Positions 1 through 8,261 of a stretch of 64,000 nt of DNA are shown piece by piece (within the stretch, counting starts at the first letter, position 1; every line of letters starts with the position of its first letter). A model generated the notes under the pieces. That model was not told the origin of the DNA, made no database searches, and worked only from the letters and a program-made list of their open reading frames with translations. A program made the translations under genes and the position numbers. The stretch is from Parcubacteria group bacterium Gr01-1014_3. Lineage in GTDB: Bacteria; Patescibacteriota; Minisyncoccia; UBA6257; WO2-44-18. Location of the stretch: contig VMGF01000001.1 in assembly GCA_007376445.1 (NCBI GenBank), forward strand, positions 252,203 through 316,202, in the 5' to 3' direction.

Positions 1-741
1 GGATCATTCTTTAACGCAATTCTAATCCAGCCTCTTCTTAATACGCTCGTATTCTTATATGAGTATGTGTCTTTTCAAGATCTCGGCATTGCCATCATTT
101 TGTTAACCATCGTCATTCGGGTAATTTTATATCCCCTTTTCTATAAGAGCCTGCACAATCAATCAATGATGCAGAAGATCCAGCCGGAGATTGAGAAGGT
201 TCGTCACGAACATAAAGATAATAAAGAGAAACAGGCGCAGGTGCTGATGGAGCTCTACCGTACGCACAAAGTTAATCCATTCATGGGATTTTTATTGATC
301 CTGATCCAGCTCCCTATCTTAATTTCTCTCTACCATGTGATCCTTAAGGGTTTTACCCTGGAGTCTTTCAGTAATCTTTATTCTTTCATAACTCCGCCGG
401 CCGTGCTTAATCACTCTCTTCTTGGCTTGATAGATCTTCAGCAATCCAGTATAGTAATTGTTGGTTTGGCCGCTATCTTACAATATTTTCAGGGCAAGCT
501 GGCTTTGCCAAAAAAATCTGGAGACGCCAAAGGAGAAGAGTCGCCAGCGGCGAAAGTTGGCCGGCAGATGGTCTTTATCGGGCCAATCCTGACCTTATTG
601 ATCTTAAATAGTTTGCCTGGCGCGGTTGGCCTTTATTGGGCGACCACCTCGGCTTTCTCGATAGTCCAGCAGATCATCGTGAACAAGACACTTTATAAAG
701 AATATGGAGGAGATAAAACAAACAATTCAAAAAACTCTTGA
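1..741 (+). CDS. yidC: Membrane protein insertase YidC (5' end runs off the window)
   Basis: Frame is open from base 1. Motifs IVIRVILYP, QPEIEK, LYRTHKVNPF, LIQLPILI, GLYWATTSAFSIVQQ; lies next to jag. Confidence 0.93.
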   Translation, partial: GSFFNAILIQPLLNTLVFLYEYVSFQDLGIAIILLTIVIRVILYPLFYKSLHNQSMMQKIQPEIEKVRHEHKDNKEKQAQVLMELYRTHKVNPFMGFLLILIQLPILISLYHVILKGFTLESFSNLYSFITPPAVLNHSLLGLIDLQQSSIVIVGLAAILQYFQGKLALPKKSGDAKGEESPAAKVGRQMVFIGPILTLLILNSLPGAVGLYWATTSAFSIVQQIIVNKTLYKEYGGDKTNNSKNS

Positions 742-1132
742 ACTAATAGGCTTTAGCGAAGTCTCTGTTGACGTTGACGCTGTAAATAAAAAAGTAATAG
801 TTTTTATTAATGAGGGTGAGTGGCTGAAAAAGTGGCTCCCCTCTTTTGTTTCCGACGTGGAGCGGATAGCAAATTTGATAGGAAAGAAGCAGAATATTTC
901 TCCGATCTTCGTGGATATCAATAATTATCGGAAAGAGCGGGAGAATTTAATCGTAGAAATAGCCAAGGCTGCGGCTAGAAAAGCCACTTCTTCGAAGTCT
1001 GAAGTAAAGCTTCCGGCCATGAATTCATATGAACGCCGATTGGTTCATACCGAACTCTCAACCCGACCGGACGTGAAAAGTGAAAGCGCTGGTGAAGGAA
1101 AAGAACGGTGCGTGGTGGTAAAGCCCTTATAA
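704..1132 (+). CDS. jag: Jag/KhpB-like R3H RNA-binding protein (short form)
   Basis: VDINNYRKERE and R3H motif LPAMNSYERRLVH...SESAGEGKERCVVV; follows yidC. Confidence 0.85.
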   Translation: MEEIKQTIQKTLELIGFSEVSVDVDAVNKKVIVFINEGEWLKKWLPSFVSDVERIANLIGKKQNISPIFVDINNYRKERENLIVEIAKAAARKATSSKSEVKLPAMNSYERRLVHTELSTRPDVKSESAGEGKERCVVVKPL

Positions 1133-1206
1133 CACGAATCTAAAAATTTAAAACGAATGCCACAAATAGTATGCGAATAGCGTACTACAAATACGCACAC
1201 ACAAAT
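1131..1206. repeat. Degenerate ~9-nt tandem repeats (CACGAAT/CACAAAT), left flank of GxxExxY gene
   Basis: acacgaatc...aacgaatgc cacaaatag tatgcgaat...tacaaat...cacaaat. Confidence 0.6.
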
Positions 1207-1594
1207 GTTGTCGACAAGAGATTTATCTAAGGTTTTATATCCAGAGTTGTCTTATAAAATTTGCGGACTTTGTTTCGAGATTCACAATAAGCTCGGCAGA
1301 TTTTTGAATGAAAAACAATATACCGATGCCCTTGAGCAACTTCTTATTCGAGATAAGGTTATATACGTTAGAGAAACTGCATTGGCAAGGAGCTTTGAAG
1401 GCGAGAAAGCTCGGAGAAATATACCAGATTTCGTTATCGATAATACGGTCATAGTTGATTTAAAAGCAAAACGACTCATCACTAAGGATGATTATTTTCA
1501 AATGCGACGTTACCTAGCATCTTCCAATAAAAGACTAGGAATTATTGTAAATTTTCGCCCAAAGTATCTGACTCCAAAACGAGTGGCGAATTAG
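1205..1594 (+). CDS. GxxExxY protein (PD-(D/E)XK nuclease-like)
   Basis: SYKICGLCFEIHNKLGRFLNEKQY, PDFVIDNTVIVDLKA, QMRRYL...LGIIVNF; 129 aa. Confidence 0.9.
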   Translation: MLSTRDLSKVLYPELSYKICGLCFEIHNKLGRFLNEKQYTDALEQLLIRDKVIYVRETALARSFEGEKARRNIPDFVIDNTVIVDLKAKRLITKDDYFQMRRYLASSNKRLGIIVNFRPKYLTPKRVAN

Positions 1595-1595
1595 T

Positions 1596-1631
1596 TATTC
1601 GTGGCATTTGTGCCATTTGTGGATTGGTGTT
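1596..1631. repeat. Inverted copies of the 9-nt repeat, right flank of GxxExxY gene
   Basis: attcgtggc atttgtgcc atttgtgg is the reverse complement of the left-flank motif. Confidence 0.6.
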
Positions 1632-1632
1632 A

Positions 1633-2733
1633 TTAAAGAGCGAGAGAATAAAGTTTGTTATCATATCGATTAATAAAGTACAGTTTATCTCCGTGGACTT
1701 CGAGTTGATCAGCATCAATAATTAAATCATCGCTGGAGACGAAGAGCGGAAGCGCGCCGCCTAGTGGCCGATGACCTTCGCTGGATAGCGGAATTATATA
1801 AATATTGTCCGCGGTGTAAATTTTGCGTTTCCAGTAATCATCGGGCAGAGCTGATGAGCCAAAAGAGTTTGGGGCGGCGCAGTAAATTTCTATTCTATCC
1901 AGATTAAAGGTGCATTTGGATGGCAAGGTGATTAAGTTGGCTAAATTCCCCAGGCTGATGCCGGCAGCATTAACTAGGGCGAGGGAGTTCTGCCGATTTA
2001 ATGAGCTGAACTTTATTGCCTCTTGTCCGCTTGAGGACCACTTTAAAATAAGGCCAGCCTCATCTTTGATCACGCGGCGGAAAGCGGAGGTTTTCAAATT
2101 AAAAGACCACAATGAGCCAGTTAACCCAGCGGTGGCGCGTTCTTTAAAGTAAACCAAGTCCGGTGTGGCCCAATCTATCTCAATATCCTTTTGAGCGGTT
2201 CGGAAAACTTCGGTGGAGCGGCGTAGGCTGACATCGTAAGTATAAAGCCGGTTCAGAGTTCCATTTTCCCGGAGATAAACCAGGCGGTTATTGTCGGTCG
2301 GACTCCAGCTGACGGCCAGCGTACCGCTTGGTAATCCCTGCCACCCGCTATTAACCGAATTAAAGATTGTAAATGACAGGCCCTGCGGATAGCCGAACCC
2401 TACGATTGCGGAAGTTCCATCGGCGGATGACTCAAGCGAATTAATACTTTTTGGAGCCTGGCTACTGACGGTCTGCGCCACGTTGCCGTCAATTTTTACG
2501 ACTTGGCCCGCTGAGTTTATATAAAATGGAGCGCCATCGGTCTTATTGATCCAGTAAGCCAGAATAGATTCTCCGGAAACCGATTTTGGCTCGTTTTTGA
2601 GCCTTGGTTCTTCGGTCGCGATATCTTCGCTTGCAGGAGCGCCAGCGTTTTGGTCAGCCATAAATTGCCAGATTAAATATCCTGAGCCTCCAACCAGTAG
2701 GGCTACTCCAATGATTAAAAGAATCTTCTTCAT
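1633..2733 (-). CDS. Membrane-anchored beta-propeller-like (TolB-like) hypothetical protein
   Basis: N-terminal TM helix; repeated WSP/SADG blade-like motifs; last gene of the T4SS-like operon. Confidence 0.6.
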   Translation of the reverse strand: MKKILLIIGVALLVGGSGYLIWQFMADQNAGAPASEDIATEEPRLKNEPKSVSGESILAYWINKTDGAPFYINSAGQVVKIDGNVAQTVSSQAPKSINSLESSADGTSAIVGFGYPQGLSFTIFNSVNSGWQGLPSGTLAVSWSPTDNNRLVYLRENGTLNRLYTYDVSLRRSTEVFRTAQKDIEIDWATPDLVYFKERATAGLTGSLWSFNLKTSAFRRVIKDEAGLILKWSSSGQEAIKFSSLNRQNSLALVNAAGISLGNLANLITLPSKCTFNLDRIEIYCAAPNSFGSSALPDDYWKRKIYTADNIYIIPLSSEGHRPLGGALPLFVSSDDLIIDADQLEVHGDKLYFINRYDNKLYSLAL

Positions 2734-2736
2734 GGA

Positions 2737-3564
2737 TTATTGGCCTAAGGCTTTTTTAAGCTTGTCTTCCTCGCTCTGCCAGAGTAATTGTTGATGCTGA
2801 GAGTCCTTTCTCCCCTGTTCATATTGAGCAAACAGTTTTTCGTATTCTTTATTTAATCGTTCAGCTTCGGCTTTATTACCGGCAAGTTTTGCTTCATCTG
2901 CCTTCGCGCCAATAACCGCAAGTTGACGATTTAATTCGTCATTGTTAGCTACAATTTCCCAATACAGAGCTTTTGACGCATTCACATTGTTCTGTAGGAG
3001 ATTGATCAAGTTTTCCTGATTTTTATTGTCTTCATATTGCTGGTTAGCCAGCTTTGCTTTTTCAACGGCCGTTTTAAGCTCTGCATCTCTTTGGGCAGCT
3101 GTTAGCTTAGCTTGCTCTAATTCTGTTTCATACTTTTCGAGCAGTTCGCCGATTGAGGTCTTGGTTTTGGCTGTCGGCAAAGAAACCTTCTGAAGCTCCG
3201 GCAGAGTAAGGTTGGTAAGGTTAGGATTGATGGCGCGGAGGATGACATACGCGCCAAAGAGAAGCACTAAGCCGATCGCGGCTTGGGTGATGCGGTCGTT
3301 GGCGTCTTTAATCTTCGATTCATTACCGGCTGATACGATTCTTTCGATCGCGGCATAAACGATGATGGCCATGCCCAGCAAACCACCAATGCTTAGGCCG
3401 AAAAGATAGATGTAGCGTATATACTCACCAGGATTGGTTATTTGAGTAACTCCACCATCGATTGGAATTGGCACGATTAACGTGGTGGGTTTTATTTGCG
3501 CAAGAGCAAGATTGGAGGAGATCAGCAGGCCGAAGGTTAAGGAAATAAAAAATAGTTTTTTCAT
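2737..3564 (-). CDS. CPR-type T4SS pilin (VirB2/TrbC-like) with C-terminal coiled coil
   Basis: Signal peptide, then TM-SAGNESKIKDANDRITQAAIGLVLL-TM-INPNL pilin pattern. Confidence 0.75.
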   Translation of the reverse strand: MKKLFFISLTFGLLISSNLALAQIKPTTLIVPIPIDGGVTQITNPGEYIRYIYLFGLSIGGLLGMAIIVYAAIERIVSAGNESKIKDANDRITQAAIGLVLLFGAYVILRAINPNLTNLTLPELQKVSLPTAKTKTSIGELLEKYETELEQAKLTAAQRDAELKTAVEKAKLANQQYEDNKNQENLINLLQNNVNASKALYWEIVANNDELNRQLAVIGAKADEAKLAGNKAEAERLNKEYEKLFAQYEQGRKDSQHQQLLWQSEEDKLKKALGQ

Positions 3565-3565
3565 A

Positions 3566-4276
3566 TTAACGAATTATTAGGTTGGTTGAGGCCGAAGCGC
3601 TTTCGAGAGCTTGGCGGATATTTTGCGCGCTGGCCTCGAGTTTAACTGAAGTTCCTCTCGATAGTCCCCGTGTATCTAAGTCTAGTATATTCGATGCATT
3701 TTCCTCGGTAGCAGCGCCGTTGGCGGTCCAAGTGAAGTTGATCTGATCTAGCCCAGTAATGTTAAAGAAATAAAGGAGCGTTTTTATCGGATTAAGTCCG
3801 GCGGATATTAAATTACCTGGAAATGGAGCATCAATCACCAGTTCCGGATTAACTATCGGCACGGTGATAGTTTTGGATACATCATTACCCTTATAGCCAA
3901 CTACGACTGCCTGAACCGTGGCGTCACCTCTTAGAGAGTCAGCTATGAAAGAAAAACTACGCAATCCCCTGCCCGATTGTCCTAGTTCGTCATTGACGTA
4001 CCAGCGGATCGTATATGGCGCGAGATCAACGAGACGATTATTTTCCAAGAGATCTACGCCGGCCACTACACGCGCTCCGTTAACTGGCAGGACTTTCCCG
4101 GCGTAATCCGGCGGAACGCTATTGCCCGCTTTCCAGCTGAGGAGAAGCTCTGGCGCCTGCTGGGCGGTAGAAGAATTAGGAATCAAGAATAAAGAATAAA
4201 GAATAAATACAATAAAAATTAACCCATAATTCTTGATTCTTGATTCTTGATTCTTAGCCACTGATTCTTGATTCAT
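3566..4276 (-). CDS. Secreted Ig/PKD-like hypothetical protein of the T4SS-like cluster
   Basis: Signal-like N-terminus; W..N beta-strand motifs (LSWKAGNSVPPDYAGK, IRWYVN, FTWTANG). Confidence 0.6.
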   Translation of the reverse strand: MNQESVAKNQESRIKNYGLIFIVFILYSLFLIPNSSTAQQAPELLLSWKAGNSVPPDYAGKVLPVNGARVVAGVDLLENNRLVDLAPYTIRWYVNDELGQSGRGLRSFSFIADSLRGDATVQAVVVGYKGNDVSKTITVPIVNPELVIDAPFPGNLISAGLNPIKTLLYFFNITGLDQINFTWTANGAATEENASNILDLDTRGLSRGTSVKLEASAQNIRQALESASASTNLIIR

Positions 4277-4284
4277 AATTCTGT

Positions 4285-4656
4285 TTATTTTGAAGTGCTT
4301 ATTGGTATTTTCGGCACACCGGGCTTTTTAACGGGCATTTTTTGGGCAATGGACTGGATCTTTTGAGCTACTTGGCTCTCCGGATGGCGGTCGGCATAGA
4401 TCACCATACAGACCCCGATTGTTCTTAACGGCAGAGCGCCGACATAGGGAATAAGCTCAAGCAGGTTCATCGATAAATCATACTCCGCCCCTATCCCTTT
4501 CATTCTAAAATATAATTGGGTTATCGGAAATGTCAGGATATCGATGATCCAAAAGTCGTCTAAGGCCAGGAAAACCAGGATGATGCCGATAATATCGGTA
4601 AGCGCGATATAGCAAACCAGTAAAAAGGCGATGGGAAGTGAGATTTTGGGCTCCAT
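4285..4656 (-). CDS. Small membrane hypothetical protein
   Basis: Hydrophobic helices; LELIPYVGALP motif; same operon. Confidence 0.6.
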   Translation of the reverse strand: MEPKISLPIAFLLVCYIALTDIIGIILVFLALDDFWIIDILTFPITQLYFRMKGIGAEYDLSMNLLELIPYVGALPLRTIGVCMVIYADRHPESQVAQKIQSIAQKMPVKKPGVPKIPISTSK

Positions 4657-4680
4657 GTGAGTAATGAATTATTTAAATAC

Positions 4681-4743
4681 TAATTTTAAATTTTGAATTA
4701 TAAATTTTAATTTAATTTAAAATTGAAAATTTAGAATTTATAA
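4681..4743. repeat. 63-bp AT-rich imperfect palindrome built from 7-nt units, copy 1
   Basis: Near-identical in reverse complement to 22341-22403. Confidence 0.7.
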
Positions 4744-6444
4744 TTATTTGTTTTCCAATATCTGTTCCGGCTTGGTGGTGATCACCTGGTCTTCCCCATA
4801 CGAAGCTACTATCTGGATAGCCACGTGATTCAAGCCGGCGAAAAACAAACCCAATCCGATCTCTGCCTGAAGCAGAAGGTTTTTTTCGGCTTCGCTGAGA
4901 TTAAAAGTTTTCGCTACGCTATCGATCATCGCCGGAGATTGTTTCAAAAGAAGCTGCATTGAAGAGTTGGTGATGATCGGGCGGCCGAATGGCGAGCTCA
5001 AGAAGTCTTCCACGTCTTGAGTGATAGTGCTGATGCCGAGGAAATATTTTCTGGCTCTCTTTACCAGGGCGAACAAGAAAGAAGCGCCATCCGGATATTT
5101 CATCATCCACCAGGCCTCGTCGATAATCAGAACACGGCGTTTTAATTGAGCGCGGACGATATTCCAAATGAAGTTGAGTACGATATACATCGCGATCGGA
5201 CGAAGTTCGTCCTCAAGGTCACGGATCGAAAATACTACAAGACGATTTTTGACATCAATATTGGTCGGCTGATTAGTGAAGCCAGCATAACTTCCTTTGG
5301 TGAAGCGATAAAGACGTTCGGCGATCTCGCGGCCGCCCTCCATATTTTCTAAAACAGCCTGCAGGTTTTCCATGAGTGGCGGCCTGGCGGTCGAGAAATC
5401 TTTACCAGGCACGATATCAAAAGCCGCGTAAGTTTCTGAGATTGCGCGGTCCAGCAAGGCTTCTTCTTGCGGATTGATCTCGCCAAGCATCAGTTTTACT
5501 AAACCGGTCAGATTTACCACGTGAGACTTCAAAACATCCGCCGGATCTTCACCTTGCGGGATCACCGGAATATCAAAAGGGTTGATGTGGCTTTGCGAAG
5601 CTAACGAAATCTTAAAGAAGCTCCCACCCACCACATTAGCCAGCTGTTGATATTCATTTTCCGGATCAATAATCAAAACATCGGTGCCAGTCATCAAAAG
5701 ACGAAGCGCTTCGAGTTTGGTGGCGTAAGATTTACCGGCGCCGGATTTGGCAAAGATGACCATATTGGCGTTTTCGAGCGAGAAGCGGTCAAAGATGATG
5801 AGGGTGCTGTTGTGGCGGTTAATGCCGTACAAAATTCCTTCATCCGAGGTTAGTGTGGCCGAGACAAACGGAAAGAACGAGGATAATGGGCTGGAATTGA
5901 GCGGGGTGTGAATGTCCAGCTGGTCAGTGCCGAGTGGTAGAACCGAAGAGATGCCTTCGATCTGCTGGAAAAGCGCCGGCTTAGCGTAAACCAACTTACT
6001 TTCCAGGACATAAGTGATCTCGGACTCGAGTTTATTCAGATTTTCGATGGTGTCGGCATAAAGCGTGATATAAACTCCGACATTAAAAAGGTGCTCTTGT
6101 CCCTGCTGGAGAGAATCTCGGAGCGCTTCGATGTCTTGAATGGCAGTTTCTAAGACCGGATTCCGGACTAAGCCCTTCTCTTGCTGTTCAGCGATCTCCG
6201 CCTCCACGATGGCGGCTTTTTTACGGAGATTTTTGAGCGCCATCGGCGTGTCCACCGGATGAACGACGACGGAGATATCTAAAAGATTCGGCAGATTGAT
6301 GATCGGCGAGAACCAACCGGTCGAGAGATAACGAGGATAGGTGAAAATAAAAAGCGTCTTCGCGAATTTATTGCCGAGCTTCACATAATTCGGATTTACC
6401 TCAATAGCCGGTGGGGCGATGATGTTTTTTATTTCTTGTTCCAT
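4744..6444 (-). CDS. virB4: VirB4-like type IV secretion ATPase
   Basis: Walker A AKSGAGKS, IIDPENEY, Walker B IIDEAW, KRARKY, TQDVEDF. Start refined to ATG 6444. Confidence 0.9.
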   Translation of the reverse strand: MEQEIKNIIAPPAIEVNPNYVKLGNKFAKTLFIFTYPRYLSTGWFSPIINLPNLLDISVVVHPVDTPMALKNLRKKAAIVEAEIAEQQEKGLVRNPVLETAIQDIEALRDSLQQGQEHLFNVGVYITLYADTIENLNKLESEITYVLESKLVYAKPALFQQIEGISSVLPLGTDQLDIHTPLNSSPLSSFFPFVSATLTSDEGILYGINRHNSTLIIFDRFSLENANMVIFAKSGAGKSYATKLEALRLLMTGTDVLIIDPENEYQQLANVVGGSFFKISLASQSHINPFDIPVIPQGEDPADVLKSHVVNLTGLVKLMLGEINPQEEALLDRAISETYAAFDIVPGKDFSTARPPLMENLQAVLENMEGGREIAERLYRFTKGSYAGFTNQPTNIDVKNRLVVFSIRDLEDELRPIAMYIVLNFIWNIVRAQLKRRVLIIDEAWWMMKYPDGASFLFALVKRARKYFLGISTITQDVEDFLSSPFGRPIITNSSMQLLLKQSPAMIDSVAKTFNLSEAEKNLLLQAEIGLGLFFAGLNHVAIQIVASYGEDQVITTKPEQILENK

Positions 6445-6448
6445 TATT

Positions 6449-7126
6449 TTATTGCGCTGGTTCGGCTCGGGCAATTTCTAATCTTTTTTTCTCAATCGAT
6501 TCTGGGTTGTATAGATTATAAAAAAGTTCCACGATTTCTTCGTTGGCCAAAAGTACCGATCTTAAGCCCATAGAATTCAAGCCACCGATAACCTCGTCTA
6601 CTCTTTGGGTTAATTGCTGGAGATTCTGCTGGAATTGCGGACCCATTTCTGAATTAGCCGAGGTAGAAGCCTTTTTGCCAAAGATTCCAAAGATCTTATT
6701 AAAGATTCCGGCGCCGCCCTTGGTTGGAAGAAAGACCGGATCAAAAGGAACGACCACGAAAAAAGTTTTCGACATGATCGGATTTTGAGAAACGAAGCTT
6801 TGCACGAAATCGTGGTATCCGGTTAATTGCGTCTTGAGCAGCTCGTTTGGTTCTTGAGCCTGGATCCCCTCCAAACGGCGCAAATAGTCCTCAATATTCA
6901 AACGGCGGGAATGAATAAAGACCTGCACGGAAAAATTCAGTGAATTTAGAAAATTTTGGTAAGCATAAGTAAGCAGTCCTTGCTCCTCCTCGGACTTTAA
7001 ATCAAAATTAACTCCGCTGACCATCAAAATTTGGCGCAATCCGCCATTTTTTAAGATCAGGGTGTTCTCCTGGACTGTTTCAATATTAATAAACTTCTGC
7101 GTCGGTTGAGATTTCGCTTGTGCCAT
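6449..7126 (-). CDS. VirB4-associated (TraC N-terminal-like) protein
   Basis: ILMVSGVNFDLKSEEEQ..YQNFLNSL..QVFIHSRRL..FYNLYNP; sits between prgI and virB4. Confidence 0.75.
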   Translation of the reverse strand: MAQAKSQPTQKFINIETVQENTLILKNGGLRQILMVSGVNFDLKSEEEQGLLTYAYQNFLNSLNFSVQVFIHSRRLNIEDYLRRLEGIQAQEPNELLKTQLTGYHDFVQSFVSQNPIMSKTFFVVVPFDPVFLPTKGGAGIFNKIFGIFGKKASTSANSEMGPQFQQNLQQLTQRVDEVIGGLNSMGLRSVLLANEEIVELFYNLYNPESIEKKRLEIARAEPAQ

Positions 7127-7182
7127 CTTCCTTATTATAACAAACTTCACCAATATACGAATCAAGCACTAATATACGAACA

Positions 7183-7650
7183 CTAGAATGACGAGTCTTT
7201 AGAATCTTGCGCCTGTTTCAGCGCTGTCGGTGAAGCCTTTTCTCGCCCAACGATACCGGCTGTGGTCGTCAAAAGTTTGGTCCAAAGGCTCTTAATTGAA
7301 GTTTTCCCTTCAGGTGAGCTCATTTGGCCGGCTTTAGGCAGGCGGATTTCGGTCAATTTAAGCGTGGCGTCTTCTCTTTGCCAGAGGTACATTCTTGGCT
7401 GCCAAAAGTAGCTCACTATGCTCTTTAAAATGACCGGCAGAGGCCGTCCGTTGAACTTAATAAACGCTAAAGCCGCCGCCGCGGTGCCCAAAATAACAGT
7501 GATAATCAGCCAAAGCCAGATTTGGAGCACAAAGAACAAGAAAAAGCTGATTAGCGAGGCCACGCCTATATATAGGAACTGCTTGAGTGTGAGCGGGCCG
7601 ACTATCTTAGTTTCCGTTTCGATAAATTGTGGAACCTGAAATTGGCTCAT
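7183..7650 (-). CDS. PrgI family protein (VirB3-like)
   Basis: QFQVPQFIETETKIVGPLTLKQF, two TM helices, NGRPL. Confidence 0.85.
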   Translation of the reverse strand: MSQFQVPQFIETETKIVGPLTLKQFLYIGVASLISFFLFFVLQIWLWLIITVILGTAAAALAFIKFNGRPLPVILKSIVSYFWQPRMYLWQREDATLKLTEIRLPKAGQMSSPEGKTSIKSLWTKLLTTTAGIVGREKASPTALKQAQDSKDSSF

Positions 7651-8261
7651 TGGTTTTGGTCTGGCTTAGGAAAATTTATCGGCAATCTCACGATTGGTGG
7701 ACGGAGGGGCTGAAAGGTTGGGCGATTTTGCGGGATCGGGGGCGGGGTTGGAATTTGGCGAACCGGGGGTTCTACGACAACCTTCGGAGGTTCAACTCTT
7801 ATGGCTATTGGTGTTTGGATTGGTTGGGCTGGTGCCGGAGTTATGCTGTCATTCTGATCCGCCGGCTGGCGGAGAAGAATCTCGAGTTCCTTCGGCTGCG
7901 CCTCAGGATGACCGGGCCCCGGTTTCGCGAAATAAATTAATTTAATATCTATATCCGCCTCCCTTCTCAGTTGTCCTTCGATCGGCCGGAGAATTTTTTC
8001 TTCGATCTCTTGGGCGATATTTTTGGCGCTATTAAAATCTATATCCAACTCTTCGGAAAGAATATTAATAAATTCACCCGGCTCAATATCTTTGGTAACT
8101 AACCGGAGAATGGTAGTCGGAATTATTTTTACTAATGGCCCGGCCATATCCAGCCTTTCATTAATATCAATAACCACATAAGTCGCCCTCTCGGAGGTCA
8201 GCCATTCGCGGATTTTATCCGGAAGCTCGTCAAATTTTTTTCTTAAATCAGCTTTATTCAT
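7647..8261 (-). CDS. Hypothetical protein with Pro-rich C-terminus
   Basis: Translationally coupled ORF in the operon; carries a palindromic insertion at 7848-7912. Confidence 0.6.
   Translation of the reverse strand: MNKADLRKKFDELPDKIREWLTSERATYVVIDINERLDMAGPLVKIIPTTILRLVTKDIEPGEFINILSEELDIDFNSAKNIAQEIEEKILRPIEGQLRREADIDIKLIYFAKPGPGHPEAQPKELEILLRQPADQNDSITPAPAQPIQTPIAIRVEPPKVVVEPPVRQIPTPPPIPQNRPTFQPLRPPIVRLPINFPKPDQNQ
7848..7912. repeat. REP-like paired palindrome (GTCATTCTGA...GAAGAATCT / TCCTTCG...TCAGGATGAC) inside a CDS
   Basis: Terminal inverted repeat GTCATTCTGA/TCAGGATGAC with internal tccgccggctggcgga. Confidence 0.65.
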
